Shown in pieces: positions 39,300 to 53,700 of a stretch of 64,000 bases of DNA. Source of the stretch: Nymphaea colorata (lineage: Eukaryota); assembly GCF_008831285.2 (NCBI RefSeq), contig NC_045138.2:10788001-10852000 (forward strand), read 5' to 3'. Position 1 is the stretch's first letter, and the number at the start of each line of letters is the position of its first letter. The position numbers were made by a program, and so were the translations under genes. The notes beneath the pieces are model-generated. The model saw nothing but the letters and a program-made list of their open reading frames with translations, did not search any database and had not been told where the DNA came from.

Positions 39300-40320
39300 T
39301 CGGTATCCAATTCACACTCTACGATGGCTCCTTTAGACTCAATTGGATATGCTTTCCTTTGATGCAGTGAGAATTGTCTGAGGCAATGATCTGGATGGTA
39401 TTCAACTATGTAAAATGGTCCTCATAGAAGACTTCCTCTGGCTGGGTTGTAGGTGTATCTTGACTTGATGACTTCTGGATCAAAGAAGTCTCAAATGATG
39501 GCGAAGTCATCCACTTCCTCCATCTTCTTATGGTAGTGCTCCATACTAAATAAGTGGCCATCGGTGTTCTGAAAATAGTATGATTGTGGCCCTACGTGTT
39601 TGTAGAACCATGTTTGTAATGTGAAGACATATCCTTCTATTGAATCTGCATCCCCAATTGAAAATTTGGTCAATCTTCGGTAAAGGAATGCCAAGGCTGC
39701 CATTGCTATAGATATGCAACAGACTTTGACATGCCCCCATTTTTTGAAGAGGCAACGTGTGCGAAAATTCATTATGTGTTCTTCACTGTTGAAGAAGATG
39801 AGACCTGCATTACAAGTCACCATGGAGTTTTTGTACTTGTTTGTGACACTTCTAGATAGTGAAGCAGGGTTGACATATTGGGAATATGTTTCACCAAGTT
39901 CTTGTAGTTGGAGGTATTGATGTCCATCCTTTTTTAGAAATGGTCAACTTTGTTTTCCTGTAAGTTTACGAATTACTTCTAGAGTTTTGACTAGACATTG
40001 ATTGACAAAGAACGGGTCTTCAATTGGTCCTCTTGGGTCACATTTGGCTTTGGCAAACCCATAATGCTGGAAAACTCATCTAAAGTAATTGCCAATTAAC
40101 CCCATGGGAATCAGAATGTATTGTTCCTTGGGTTCTATATTTCGACACTTGCGTGGATTAGACTGTCGTTGATAGGTTACATGGCAAGACTGACTGCTTC
40201 TTCGAGACCGCAATCCTTTAAGTGGTCCAAAAACATACATCGAAAAGTTGGGTATCATGAAAGATACCACTAAGCTATGTAGACTCCACTTGGGATGATG
40301 CGAAGTCCGGATCGACCTTG
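39300..40320 (-). pseudogene. Extra ORF upstream of gag, plant-mobile-domain (PMD/aminotransferase-like) remnant; limits approximate
   Basis: AMAALAFLYRRL...IEGYVFTLQTWFYKH resembles the PMD consensus GxAxLAxLYRxL...GxxxLLQxWxxEH. The 5' position is typical of Ogre extra ORFs. Confidence 0.6.
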
Positions 40321-41139
40321 ACATGACCCAAATAAAATATGGTCATATGAGAAAATACTTTCTGAGTCCATCTGGACAAGAGAAAGTATTAGATGTTGAC
40401 ATAAATTGAACTAATAGAGACTTGAGAAAAGTTTTGGTATCGGGTTTGGACGTCGGTTTGGATATAAGATAAAACATCACATCTCATGCATCATACAAGC
40501 AATTAATGAAAATTTGATAATGCATTCCCTAGGACACTTGCCTATATGCATTATTTTGAAAATGGATATTGGAACCTATAGAAAATAAATGGGTAAATTG
40601 TTCTTGATTTATCCAAAATTCAAGATATGTCTATATACCAAATCTATGGTACTGGGATAGACTCCTTCAAGATTTTCTATATTTGGACTCTCCAATTCTT
40701 CTTGTTCACCCATCGATATACCAGAACTATTGTCTGTTTTGATACTAATGGGGGGACTTCTCAGTCCAATTGGGTGGTCCAGCTGTATAGCTATATCTTG
40801 GACTAATGTCCTAGAAATAGCTCGGCAACATGATGACCGAGATATGGCATAGGTAAGGATTTGTTTTTCAAAATTTATGAGAAGATGCAAAATAGATGGC
40901 TCTATTGCATACATTCCGAAGAGATAGATTTAAAAATTTGAGAGCATACTGGGCTTCATACAATCCCTAAATTGAGAAGGGGTAGGGTAAATTGAAACAA
41001 AAGGGGTTCATAGAATATCCTCAATATGCGCTAACATGATAATGGCATTCATGTTTATGAAAAATTTTGTGCAATGATATCCGGCATTGTGACAATAACT
41101 TGTATATGAACCAATAAATCCGTAGGCAGATGATGATGG

Positions 41140-41157
41140 GTCCTACCGGGTGTGCCA
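41140..41157 (-). promoter_or_regulatory. Primer-binding site, tRNA-Arg type
   Basis: Minus strand reads tggcacacccggtaggac, an 18-nt TGG-initial motif resembling Ogre Arg PBSs. Confidence 0.7.
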
Positions 41158-41159
41158 TC

Positions 41160-44100
41160 TATTCGCGCTCCATCCCATCCTTGGGGGCGTATCAGCAAAA
41201 ATTCTTTTCAAATTAAGGTTTTGACGAAATTTTCACAAGAAAGGGATCCACCCATTGGTACGAGGTCCAACCAATCCTGCCAAAGACTAAGGATCATTTG
41301 GGTCATGTATGAGTTATTAATGCAAATCTTATATGTTTGTGCATTGAGGTTTTGGTTTCAAGAATCAAAGTTTATCTTGAATAAGCAACTTGTTTTTGAA
41401 AATAAATTCAATGGAAAATTATTTGAAAAGTTATTCGAAGATTGGAGGGGTTTCAAATCGATATGAAAACCTTTGTTTTGACATTTGTTATGAAATCAAC
41501 GATTAGGGATTTTGAAGATTGAAATTGAGTTCTTTGTTGTGAACTCAAGATGATTTTTGGGTTGAAATTGTGATGATCAATTTTTGGAAAAAATCGCTAA
41601 GTTACCTTAGCAAGCAAAATTGATTTTGAATTCTCCTTTGCCAAATAGTGTGATTTGGTCTAAGACATTAGAAACTTGAGATTTGATTAGATAGTGTTCA
41701 TTCTTTTGATGAAACATATGTTCCAAATTGTTCGAAAATGTGTTGTTTTCAAAACATATTTTGGCCAAGATTATGAATGCATTGCTTGTGTTTTTTTGAA
41801 AATTAAGTGAAGTTTATAAATTCTTGTTGCAATATGACTTGGTCACCTTTTGCAACTCAAATTTGAATCACTTAATTTCTTGAGAAAGTGCATGTAGTGT
41901 TATTGGATTTAAGTGAGTATGAATGTGTGAAATGAAAAGAGAAACTATATGAAACATACATCCTTCACTCTCTCATAATCTCTCAAAATTTATACATTTG
42001 GAACATTCATGCTTCACTCTCTCATATTCTCTCAAAGTCCATTACACATCATACAATTTACACATAAGGATTGATTTTAATTAATATATAGGACTTTCTC
42101 TAAATGTGCTTATCATATTCTTAAGCACAAATGTTAGAGATGTAGTCCATAAGCTTAAGACTTAACATAAAATTATCAAAATGATGAAGAATCTACAAAT
42201 GATGTCAAAATCAGTTTTTAAAATAATGGGAGACGTGGATGACATCCACTTTTGTCTCAAAATTGCCATAAAAATCAGATTTCATTCTGATTTAATGACT
42301 TAAAATGAAAATATTGATTCTAAAGGGTGTTTGACTCTTAGAAAATGATGACATTCGGTTTGACTCCATATGAACTAAACATCCAAGTTGGCAAAAAGCA
42401 TGTGTCATATACTCTCATTCATGTTATAGTTTGTCTACATATGAATTAAGCACCTAAATCGGCAAAAGGAATGTCCCATGTGCTCTCAAGGCTTTTAGGG
42501 AGCTGATTAGGTAGGATTAGAATTTTTTTTTGTTCTACAAGACATAGTCGCCTTGTGGCTGAACATTGGTAAAGCTTGTAAGCTTTGAAATTCTTAAATT
42601 AACTCTTGCAAAGTATGATATCATTTCAGCAACTTGCATACACTTTACATATGAGTTGCTGGAATTAAACAAATTTTAAGATGAAAGAAAAGTGATTTCA
42701 TAGCATTGTACTACGAAAATCAATACAATGATAATTTTTTTTTAAAATGAATTTGGAAATGTGTTTCAACCTGATTTTACAAGAGGAAAATGACTTTAAC
42801 AGGAGATTGCACGTGTATATATATAACAATATATATATATATAAGAAGATTGAAAACTAGTTTCTAATCTCCTCTACCACTCTTTATCAATTAAATTGAA
42901 AGACATGAATCAAAATGACTTTAATTGAAAAGGAAAACAAGACAATGTCAAGCTAGTCATCCATAATTTTGCCATGCAAGGGTGGATCACATTCATAAGA
43001 ATGTATCCATCCCTAATAGGCATTTTCATCATATATGTTGCAGCAAAATCACTCTCTTACCATGGGATTCTCTCATGGTAGAGAGTTCAAAACGGTTTTA
43101 AACTTGTTGTTTTGAAAGGGATGTGGCCTTGGGCTCTTTTTAAAATTTGACTCATGGGTTCATCTTTTAAAAAAACCGATTCATACATGTATTATGCATT
43201 AACATATATATTTAATCATAATTTTATCATAACTAGACATCATTCCAGCCATGAAATAAATGAAAATAAACCCTTCCCACGAGTGCTTAAATTAAAAATA
43301 AGTGCAAAAAAATGAAATGGATGAAAATGGATTAGAGTCACCTACCTTGTAGTCGGTCTTGATGATTGATTCTTCTCTTTGCTTGTTTTCTAAATCAAGC
43401 AATCCTAAGCAAGAACCCAAACTTGGATTTGAGCTTAGCAAAGCAAGAAGAAGAAGAATGACTTGTTGAAATTTTCTGTGGGGAAGAGGGAGCTTCTCAC
43501 CACAAAAATCCTAAGTAAGGGTTCACTTAAGCACCCTAACTTAACAAAATCAATGGAGAGAATAGGGGAAGCCGAAGAAAAGAATGAGATAGCGGGGGAA
43601 GAGGGCTTGGACGAATTTTTCTTCTCCTCCTTGGCTTCTATTTCCTAGCTCCTTAGTTGCAGTAATTTGATGAAGACTTCAAAAATTCGTCCCCCCCTTG
43701 GTTGCCAAGGGGAGGTTTATATAGAGGAGGAGATGGGTTCAACCACCTCCTTAACTCACCATAGAAACTTACTTAAGACTTTGGGGATTTGTAAAATGGA
43801 TTAAATAGGGTTTAATGATCCTAGTTGACCACACCTGGCTCATTTACACGAGCTAGGTTGGCTGGGTTTGGCGTGGTCTACCTTGGTTCAGACTTAGCTG
43901 CCCATCTTTGACCAAAATTTTGGGTGAAAATGCCCTTGCCCAAGGTTTTGTCTTATTTTATTCTATTTATTTTTTTCTTTGTTTGAAATTGAGCTTGTTA
44001 GGTCAAAACCTAGTTGTTAAGCTCTAAATGTTATTGAATTTTGACAATTCAATTAAAATTTGAAAATTCTATCAAATTTGGTTGAGAAATGGTATTTTTG

Positions 44101-45089
44101 TCCATAACTTGATTGAAGATGGATTTCAATCAAATCAAGCTTTGGTTTGAAATACATTTGATTTATGCATTTTACAAATCCAAATGTATATTTCCCTTTT
44201 ATAAAATCGTAAATTAGGTTTTGTAATCTCAATTTGATCATAGAAGGGCAAAATTGTCTAGATTGGTCAAATTTGACCAATTGACCAAAGTCAAAGCTCA
44301 TTTGCGAGTAGTTTGATTTTATTCGAGGTAACTCAATGAATATGAGATAAGAAAGCTCTTAATTGAGCTAAATTGTACTTTGATTGAGCTTAGCCAAAGT
44401 GGATTCGATCCGGTCAAGGTCTATTTTTGTCCACTAATTTGTCCTGGGACAAACCTACCCTTTTGACTGAGCTGAGCTCGTGTTGACTGAGCCTAACTGA
44501 GTTTGGCACCATATTTGAGTGCACCCAGGTCAAACCTACTTGGATTAAGTAGGTTAGGTGAGTTTAATTCTAACACTTATTGCTTCTTCGGAATTTGATT
44601 TTTCTTTAACTAAGGGAGAGAGAGAGGTATTAATGTCTCTCTTTTCGTATGAACCTTTATTCATGTATTTTGAAAATGATTTTTTTTTAATTGATGGGAG
44701 ATATTTTTGAAAAAGGGGGTGTGTGACCTCTTGGGTAGGCTTCTGACCATACGAGCTAGGTGGGCCCACTCGTGGGTCCCACATGGTCTTCTAGATTGAA
44801 TTAGATCCAATTCTCGGATTTAAATCAGATATGGATTTCAAATGACATCTGTAATTGGATTTGGATTCCAAATGGCATTTGTAATTGGATTTGGATTCTA
44901 AATCCTAATTTGGATCTAGTTTGGACTCGTAATCTTACTTTAGGATTCGTGTCACAAGTCAAATTCATGATTTGAATCTAAATTGTGTTTAGATTCAAAA
45001 CTGGCTTTGAAATTGCAATTTTTCACAATTCTTTTGTAAAATTTTGACATTGCTTCAATTCTGATGTACAAAAATTTGGGGTGTTAACA
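41160..45089 (-). repeat. 5' LTR of the Ogre element (~3.9 kb) with a TATA-like box near 43717
   Basis: Begins tgttaacaccccaaattttt on the minus strand and ends 2 nt from the PBS. The inner boundary is inferred from the PBS. cctctatataaacc on the minus strand. Confidence 0.85.
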
Positions 45090-45887
45090 TTGACTGCAGG
45101 TCAACATGTGGCAATAGGAGTTAGTCTTTTGTGGAGATGTTGAAGCTTCTAACACAAAAGAGTGGATTTCAAGAAAGTGGGTTGCATGTAGAGAGCATTT
45201 AGTGGTAGTTCTTTTTTGTGTAACATGTCTACGTAAGCATGCATAGATACAAAAGTACACAATATTCATTTACCAAGACACACATGTACAACATAGTTTT
45301 ATATATAGATGTGCTATAGAGTTTGCAGTTCTCAAGAGACTACTGAAGTTCCTCCTCTAATGAATAGAGTTCCATGTATATGTGTGTGTGTGTAAGAGAG
45401 TGGGAGGAAAAGTTGTTCTACTCTCATCTTTTCATAGGCCATTCTTTCCAAAGAAAATAAATTTTCTACCATGATCTGCCAACCATGTTAGAATTTGTGT
45501 CTTCCTGCTTTTTTTTATCCATATCTATAGTCAACTTATAAGCACTACTATGAGTCTAAAGCATCAGGTCAGCTATTGTGGAATTGTCAGTTACATCAGT
45601 AGCTTCTCCAAATGGTCTAACCACACATAAATACTTATTGAAATTAATTTGCATGAAGGATTTGCAAATCAGAGGAAAGATGTCTGTGTAGTACATAGGA
45701 TACAAAAATATGTAGGTAGCAGAGATAGATTAAGCATTATAGCTTAAGGGAAATATAAGTTGTCTTGCCTAACCCTCATGACTTCACATATTCATAGTGT
45801 TACAGTTATCATACAATGCATGAGAACTCCTATAATAAATTAAAATTATAGAACTATGTTACTTTTCACCAAGTACTAGTACCATAC

Positions 45888-46028
45888 AAGCACTACTTGC
45901 CTAACAAAACAATAGATTCTTTCAGCTAGGTTGATTATTGATATTTAATTCATAGCATAGAAGCACTACTTGCCTAACAAAACAATAGATTCTTTCTGCT
46001 AGGTTGATTATTGATATTTAATTCATAG
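45888..46028. repeat. Tandem duplication, 73-bp period
   Basis: aagcactacttgcctaacaaaacaatagattctttc...aattcatag at 45888 and 45961. Confidence 0.92.
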
Positions 46029-47559
46029 AGAGGAATGAAGTAAAAAAAAAAATCTATAGTTCTTCACTAACTTGATAAAATTTCAGTAGGAGGTTCAAGT
46101 GCAATTTTTGTGTTCAATAGCATAACTGTCTATAACTTTGTCATGGATTGGATCCAATAAAATGGTGATGCTATTGGAAGCATCCAAATTGGTTCCCTCT
46201 TTTGGCTTCTCATTACTTTGTTGTTGTATTTCTTAATAAAGATGTTTCCATCCAAAAGCAAAAAAACATGATTCTTTGTTTTGACAAGATCCAACTAGTT
46301 TATTTTCAAACTGCATATCACCCATTGTTCATAAGCATTACTAAGTTACTCTTTTATTTTAGAGCCTATTGATTTTATTAGTGCATTATGACTACTTATG
46401 CACATCATGAAAGAATATGTCTCCTAAAAGGAACATTTTACCCAAAAGACATGCTAATGGCACTTTTTAAGGAAGATCATGATTCAAATAATTAAATATT
46501 CTTATTTTTTTATGATAATTTTGCTACATTAACATACTTTTGGGATAATGAGTTAATCTATCTTTTATAACTATTTTTTTCTCAAATTCAAACCTCGTTT
46601 TCTATCAGGTTATTCTTAATCTTAGCCAAACCCAAATACTTCAACATGATAGATGGCCAAAATTGTAAAGTTATAACTCATAATAAGTTTCTGGTGTGTA
46701 TATTTGTTGTCCCTCTTTTCTATTTCTCTTTGTGACTTATTCAAGAATTCATGATAATAAACAAAAAGGAAGTTGCAGTCCTGGTACGGGAGGTAGAAGA
46801 ACACTTCAACATTTCAACATACATAAAGTTGGCTAGTAGTAACAGACATAGTTCAAGCACTTGTTCCTAATGGACAAACCGGTGATCTTGTGAGGTTTAT
46901 ATAGCCATGAAAAAACCAGATAGAGATAAGATGCTCTCTACTAGTAAAATAGAGGATTACATGGTTTGTTACATGGTTCTCTTAAAAGCCTGATTTCAAG
47001 AGCATAGAAAGTTTTAGAAGAACATCTCAATGGAAATGACAAGTCAAGAGACATTTTAGTTACCTTCACCAATGAAGTGTTTTTTTTTATTTCACAATAA
47101 CTCCCATAGATTTATGCGTAGGATCAAATTCAAGGGTTGAAATTTCAAGTTCAGGATGTCTCCACTACTTGCAGCAGCTTAACAACACATGCAAACCAAA
47201 AATAGAAAAACAATAGCAATGAGATGAAAAGGACAATCTCCAGAACTCGAATTTGGGCTTTCAATGAACAAGATTGTAGGAAGGGAACACACCTCAATGA
47301 CTTGGGGCAGATTGAATGACTTCAGGAAGTTTTGAAGAAACGATGGTCACAACTATGTCCAAATGGTAGGTGAAACTAGACAAAAGAGAGTTTTGAGGAA
47401 ATGATCGACTTTGGTGCTTATACACCCAAAATGTTCATCAATAAGAAAGGAAAACACAAGCTACTTTTCATCTTCTATGGATGAATTTGGCACCAAAATT
47501 TTGGTTTTAGAAAGTATATCTTACCCAACTTTCCAATTTTTTTAAGGAAAAAAAAAACT

Positions 47560-47762
47560 CAACTGCCGACCACCATTGGTGTCGACGATGAAGCCAAAAA
47601 TTTTGTCGCCCTTCAATGCAATCAGCAACACTACTTTGTTTGCCACTCTTGCCATTGGCAATACATTTCTCTCTGCTAATTATGCAAAGCTTCCATTCGT
47701 GGTGGCTTCGGTCATGACCAAACCTGTAGTCGGCAAAGCTGTTCATCTTTGTGGATGTTGTG
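47560..47762. mobile_element. Possible degenerate CACTA subterminal region
   Basis: Cluster of gccgac/gtcgac/gtcgcc/gtcggcaaa motifs in both orientations; no clean TIR. Confidence 0.3.
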
Positions 47763-50700
47763 CCCTTCCATTGAGGCTTTTTGTTTATTGTTGTAGTAAA
47801 TTAAAAAAAAAAGTGAGAAATACAAACAATTTAATAATTCTTAAATATTATCCTCCAAACATTTGAAGGTTTAAATTCAAAATTCAGGATAGAACTTAAG
47901 TTTGAAGTTTTAAAGTCAAGATGGAATTTATGTTTAAACTTGAATTCATGTTCAAATCAAGTTCAAATCTTGATCAAATCCAAGAATTAGATAAATACTT
48001 CAAGCCACTAATCCAGTGTATTTTTTCCATTAATTTTGCTTGAACTGGTCAAATTGCTTGCTTTTTTAATGAGGTTCTGGTACACATTATTATAATTGCT
48101 GTTATACATACGTTTAGGATATTGTTCTCTTTCAAACTTAAAGACATGGAGATATTAGTTTCATGGATGTAATGTCCATGTCTAGAAATTTAGTAATATA
48201 ACCATCACATTCTTTCATTGTATGGCTGAGTGTTCAGCTGAAAAAATTCAGATTGTTTGGTTTTTATATTCTTATAAAATTCTCAAATACACTCCAAAAG
48301 TAGTTACTTTCAAAATTTTGAGGTTTTTGCAAATGAAATCATATGATTATATATGATATTTTCACTTCATGCGAAAGACACATATTGCAAAATTGGGACA
48401 AAGGTGAGCCACAAGATAATGGCAATATTTTTGCATATCATTAGTTGTTAACTGTGTCCCGGTCCTTGAATCTGGATGAACTTGCTATAGAACATAAGCA
48501 TTAGAGGTACTTTGAACATTAAAAGAAAGCAATGCACTTTCAATTTCATATCCAATTGTTACAGAAATTGCATGTGTAAGAACAATTATATGTTTGTTTC
48601 TTGGATCATCATACTGCCATTCATGTCGACTTTAAAGCAACTAGTTTTTCCTTGTAGGTATCAAGAATTTGCCTGTCCACATCTAGGAGGCTAATTTAAA
48701 GTTGTCACATCTGGCTGAGGTACACCATTTGTGTACATGAAACTAACAAGTCATGTTTCCACTTTTTTTTCTTATCATGTTTTCAATTTTTTTCTTACTC
48801 TTTATTTTTTCTTTTTTCCCTTCATGTAGTGGCTCTTTTTTCCTCTTCACTTTTATTTCAATTGAGAAGTGATAAGTGCATGATATGGTTTGAATGGCTT
48901 CTGAATGCAAAGATGCAAATATCAATGCTATCCATTATGTAAAGTCATTGCCTACCTTCATTGTGAATGCACATGAACCTTCATAATAAGTGCACATGAA
49001 GTTTGAATCCACGAAGCTGACAGAATTCAATTTGAATGTAAACCACACTAACGATTATTCTCTTTGTATGCAGTTTGAATACAAGGTCACTTGTCTGCAT
49101 GATTCTTGTAGGACTCAATCAAACAACAAGGCGACAATAAGTGATCAAGCATGCATTTAAGACTTTTTTTAATTTCTTTCGGGTTCTCAACCACCAATCT
49201 TTTCCTTCAAAATTTGTGTTTTCCTTTTACCATAGTGGTATCAAATTAATTGGGTGCCAATTGCATGCCTAGCCATATATCTTATGAAGGTTATAGTGGT
49301 CATATAAAGTATATTTATTTCAATAACCATGGTTCTAGGGATACACTTATAGCAACAACATAGAATTCACAGATATGATGTCGCTACTTGCAATGCAAGT
49401 TTTCAGGGATGCAATACAATTTGTCTTTTCAGGTAAAAGAATTGAATAACCAAATGTTAGTTCTTTGGCACACTTATCATGGTAGCATTTTCATGCAGGT
49501 TAGGAAGAACGAGATTATGTATAGTGCTTATAAGCTAGTTGTTTGTTTTGATTAGATAATCTAACCAATTTTGCTTCCATTGGCAAGCTTTGTCAGTTGA
49601 ATATTGACAAAATTTCATGGTAAAAACATTTTAGCTTGCTTACATTGCCTCTCAAAATGTTGTAATATCATATGGATTCATATTTCTACCTCAAAATATA
49701 TAAAACGAAAAAAAAATCACATTATTGAGATACATATATAAGCTGTTTCTGTCCTTTGATTCTTTCCTCGTCTTCATATCAATAGGTCTTCTTGAAATTT
49801 TCTTTTCATTAACTATAACCATGTACGTCATTTCATGTAACTAAAGATTATTTGTATTCATACAACATTCTTCTTATATAGTCATCTTTCATGCATTTGT
49901 TTCCCTAGGCAGGTTTAATATTCTACAAAACTAGTAATCTTGAAAAGAAAAATCAGAAAAAAAAATCAAGCATCTTCAAATTTTGAACGTCCATGTATTA
50001 TAGAAGTTGTATTGGCAAAAACTTGGTGTGTTGGTTAATATTAGAGCATACTATATAGTAACAATCCAGTCTATCGTTTTTTTAGCATTTTATACCCATC
50101 TAAGTGGAAAGGTAGTCCTCCATATTCTAGATCTCTTCATTATGTTATATTATGTAGGAAATACAATTTACAATTATTATGTATTATCTATTACAGGGAC
50201 TTTGGATAGGAAGAAATTTTGGTACTTTTAGACAACATGTCTTCTTTCTCTGCTTCACACTTTCTACTAACTGAGAAAAAGAAGTAGCTTCTCAATTGAA
50301 CCGAGCAAAGGTTTGATGTTTACGCAGCATCAAACTGATCAAATTGATAAGCTGCCTGTATTGGCTTAGCAAAGTAGTATGATTTCCCTAGTGATCAGTA
50401 GAAAGTTTGAGGGTTTGTTTCCGTAGTCAGATGTTGAGTGCCAGGATAATGTGTTGGTCAGTGACATTGAAGATCTGTGTTGCTTGAATGTAAGTTTAAA
50501 CTCTGTTTGATTGAATGATGTGATGATTCATAAGAATGATATGAGAAAAGTTGCATATGTATGTTGATAAACAAAATCAAGGCTAGGTATGTAAAATAAA
50601 TGTTAGCTTTATCATTAAATTATTTGGTAAGAGCTCATTGGTCACAACCTTTTGTTTGGGAATTCTAAAACTATCTATTATACCTTTCTCAGCCTTTTGG

Positions 50701-53700
50701 CTAAGATCAAGTATGGAATATTGAGTATATGAGTTTGAAGACAATAATGGGCTCAACATCTTGTTTTTGTCTTTTTGACATTTGTCTAAGATATCACTTA
50801 ACATTCCTCCAAGATCTTTTATTTTTTGTCTTTAGATAATAAATCAATTTTTCCCATAACTTTTTCTGTCATTGAAGTTTATTTGTAGAGTGCAACTTTT
50901 AGGAATTGCTTGAATTACCAGTAGACTTCTAAGATGCATACATGCATATATAAAACATGATCTTAGATATTTAAATATAGGTTTTTTTATTTAAAGACAC
51001 CTAAGATCGTTTTAAGGGATTATATAAGAAGTTTGAAATGAAATCTTTTCTAGTTATTTCCTTTGTTCTGACTTTAATTCTAGTGTTAATTTCTTGCAAC
51101 CTATTTTCACCCCTTATTTTCCTGCATTTCCGTCACTTAACTTCAGTTCAATATTTTTAATTGGTTGATACAAGCAATGTACTTTGCTATTTGTCCAAGT
51201 TTGTTTGTAAATACCATTATAAAAATTAGGATTTTCATTATTAATGGATATAGCATGACTAATATCACCACATTAAATCATCATTATAGTAATACTAAAT
51301 TCACTGCTAATGATGTATACTTGTGTCAATTACACAAATATTTATATCAGTGACTTTTTCACTGGTGTAATTTTTGTAGTGCTGACATACAACAAATCAT
51401 AAGGCTTATACTAGAGTAGCAGTAGAATAAATCAGTGTACAGACTATAACAGTGGCATTAATCACTACTTATAATGGTATACGAATTGCATCAATTTAAG
51501 TTTATGAGCATTCTTGGTCGACACCCAAAAGCACTCATGCACTTCCTTTTGCAAATTTAAATTGTCCATCTCTAAACTACATCTATGGTTGTTGTGATGT
51601 GGTAAGACTTTGAACCCTACTTAAATCACAAGAGAAGACATCAATGACCAGAAGCAAGCGTCACTTTCAATCTACCTTTTTATCAAGCAACTTTTTCCAG
51701 AAATTGCTTTCAACCTCTTTGTGAAACAAGAGAAACCAAGATCATGAGTACAATTCAAATCTCTTCGCAAAACACAAGCTAAAACCTTTCCCAATATCCC
51801 AAAGTTTTTATTCAAAACCAATAAATTTTCCAAAGCCTTCATTCAACTTCCCAAGTAAAGTTTTCCTAAAAAGATTTCATTTTTTCCCATGTTAACTCAA
51901 GGTTTGGCAAAACTTTAATTCTTCAAGATAAAAAAACATGTTTACATCTTTTAAACTCAAAGATTAGAGCTTCAAATCTGAAGTTAAGATTTTCAAATCA
52001 TTTTTTTTAAGGTTTATGCACAAGCATATAGGAAAGTAAAAAAGATTATTTGAACATTTGAGAGAGTACTTTGTTTTTGGCTTGATTACCCATGATAAAG
52101 GAATTGAAAATGGCAGAACTTCATACTGACAGGCAGAACACAAACCCAATTTCAAAACTATGCTTTCCACACTACCAAAATTTTCAGATGCAAACATCAT
52201 GAAAGGTTTTAGGATTTTACACATGAAAGGTAGTTTTTTTTACCAAAACTAACAGTAAACCAATTAAAACAAGTTTTGGTTGACCTTTTATCTTTTTGAT
52301 CTTTTTTCCTTAGCTGAATTCCACTAAAATGATGAAACGTTTTCTCCACTAACTCTAGACCACACTTCATTGTATTCTTAATCATTACTTAATTATCAAA
52401 AAAGAAGGATGAATGAGAAGCTAGTTGCTATCATTTGAGAGAACATTCTTTTGGATTGTGACATAAAAGGGAGACTAAGAATGTAAGGAGTCATATTATG
52501 TAACGGATTCCCATCCCACCCCACATTCTTTGATAGATTAATGAGATAGGATCCTATACCTTTAGTGTCATCCACAATTGTAGATACATTCGCTTAGTAT
52601 GCAAAAGTGTGTACGCTTGCCACAAGGAGACATAGAGATCATGCCAAAATATGCAAAATAATGGTGTCTTCTCATTGTAGAACTATGAATTTATAAGGAG
52701 GAAGCATGATATGCCATTATTTTACAAATTCCACAAAGAAATATAATAAAAAATGAAGAAAATAGTCATCCATGAATAATATGTTTCCTTCTCCCGTGTT
52801 ATTTTTATTCCATGCAATTCGTGAAAAAATCCATTGTTGCATGAATTGCTTCTATAGCATGATGACAATTTCCCCTTTACATTTTGGTCACAAAGTAAGA
52901 GATGCAATTCTTCGCAGAAAAGCTAAGAAGCAACATTAATAAAAATTTTCAATAGTGGAAGCCAATCGCCACTGCCATCCAAATGAACCTTCCATGGTTG
53001 ATCATTTTTTTTTTGTCAGAAACAAAAATAAATAAATAAAGAGCATGACTGGCACAAGTGTAATATCATTGAAACTAGATTAAATATCGCATTGCCTTTG
53101 CATTAAGAACATGAATAATATATGTGGATTATGGTGTATGTTACCTAATGGCGTAATGTTGTCAGGGTTATGTCCTTTTGTGTGATATGTCATATCCGGG
53201 TCCCACTACTAGGATGAAATCTATTTGCTTGAAAATGCAAAGGAATAAACACAAATATGCATGTTCAGGCCAACCATATAAGCTGCTTGAGCCAACGGTG
53301 ATGTTAAAAAGGTTTGGATTATATATGAGAGCATACAAGTATGTCATGTTAAGAATGTTGGGAACACAATTTTTATGACTTGAGGGTGATCATGATGCAT
53401 GAAACGTACTATGTTATATATATTATAAGTATGCCGTTTTTCATGACTAAATGCTCATAAACTCATATTTGTGTTCTTCCAAAATATTTCAATAAGATTT
53501 AGGCCAAACTTTACAGAATGTGGTGCTAAATTGGGAGAGTAGTGGTTGCTTTACATGCGTGAGAGATTTTTCAAAAGAGTGGACGTTGACCTGCTCCAAA
53601 TGATGTTATTTAGACTTCAAATGAGACTTAAACTCAATTAAGCCCATAATCTACTTGATCCAACACCCAAATTAAGCAAAATTTCAAAGGAGACTCTTAG

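Larger units (their letters stand above)
25086..45089 (-). mobile_element. Ty3/Gypsy LTR retrotransposon, Tat/Ogre type, decayed, about 20 kb including a 3.6-kb foreign insert
   Basis: Multi-kb LTRs both ending gtgttaaca (28285 and 45089). PPT-like gatgccctctttgc from 28286. tRNA-Arg-type PBS at 41140-41157. Domain order on the minus strand is extra ORF, gag, PR, RT, RH, additional RH, INT. Confidence 0.93.

Noticed and set aside
13899..51381. 13-bp inverted match cactacaaaaatt (13899) / aatttttgtagtg (ending 51381), suggesting a giant CACTA carrying the PPR gene
   Set aside because: The 3-bp flanks differ (atg vs ctg), there are no subterminal repeats at the left end, and cactacaaaa also occurs at 14949 and 15476. 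Chance cannot be excluded.
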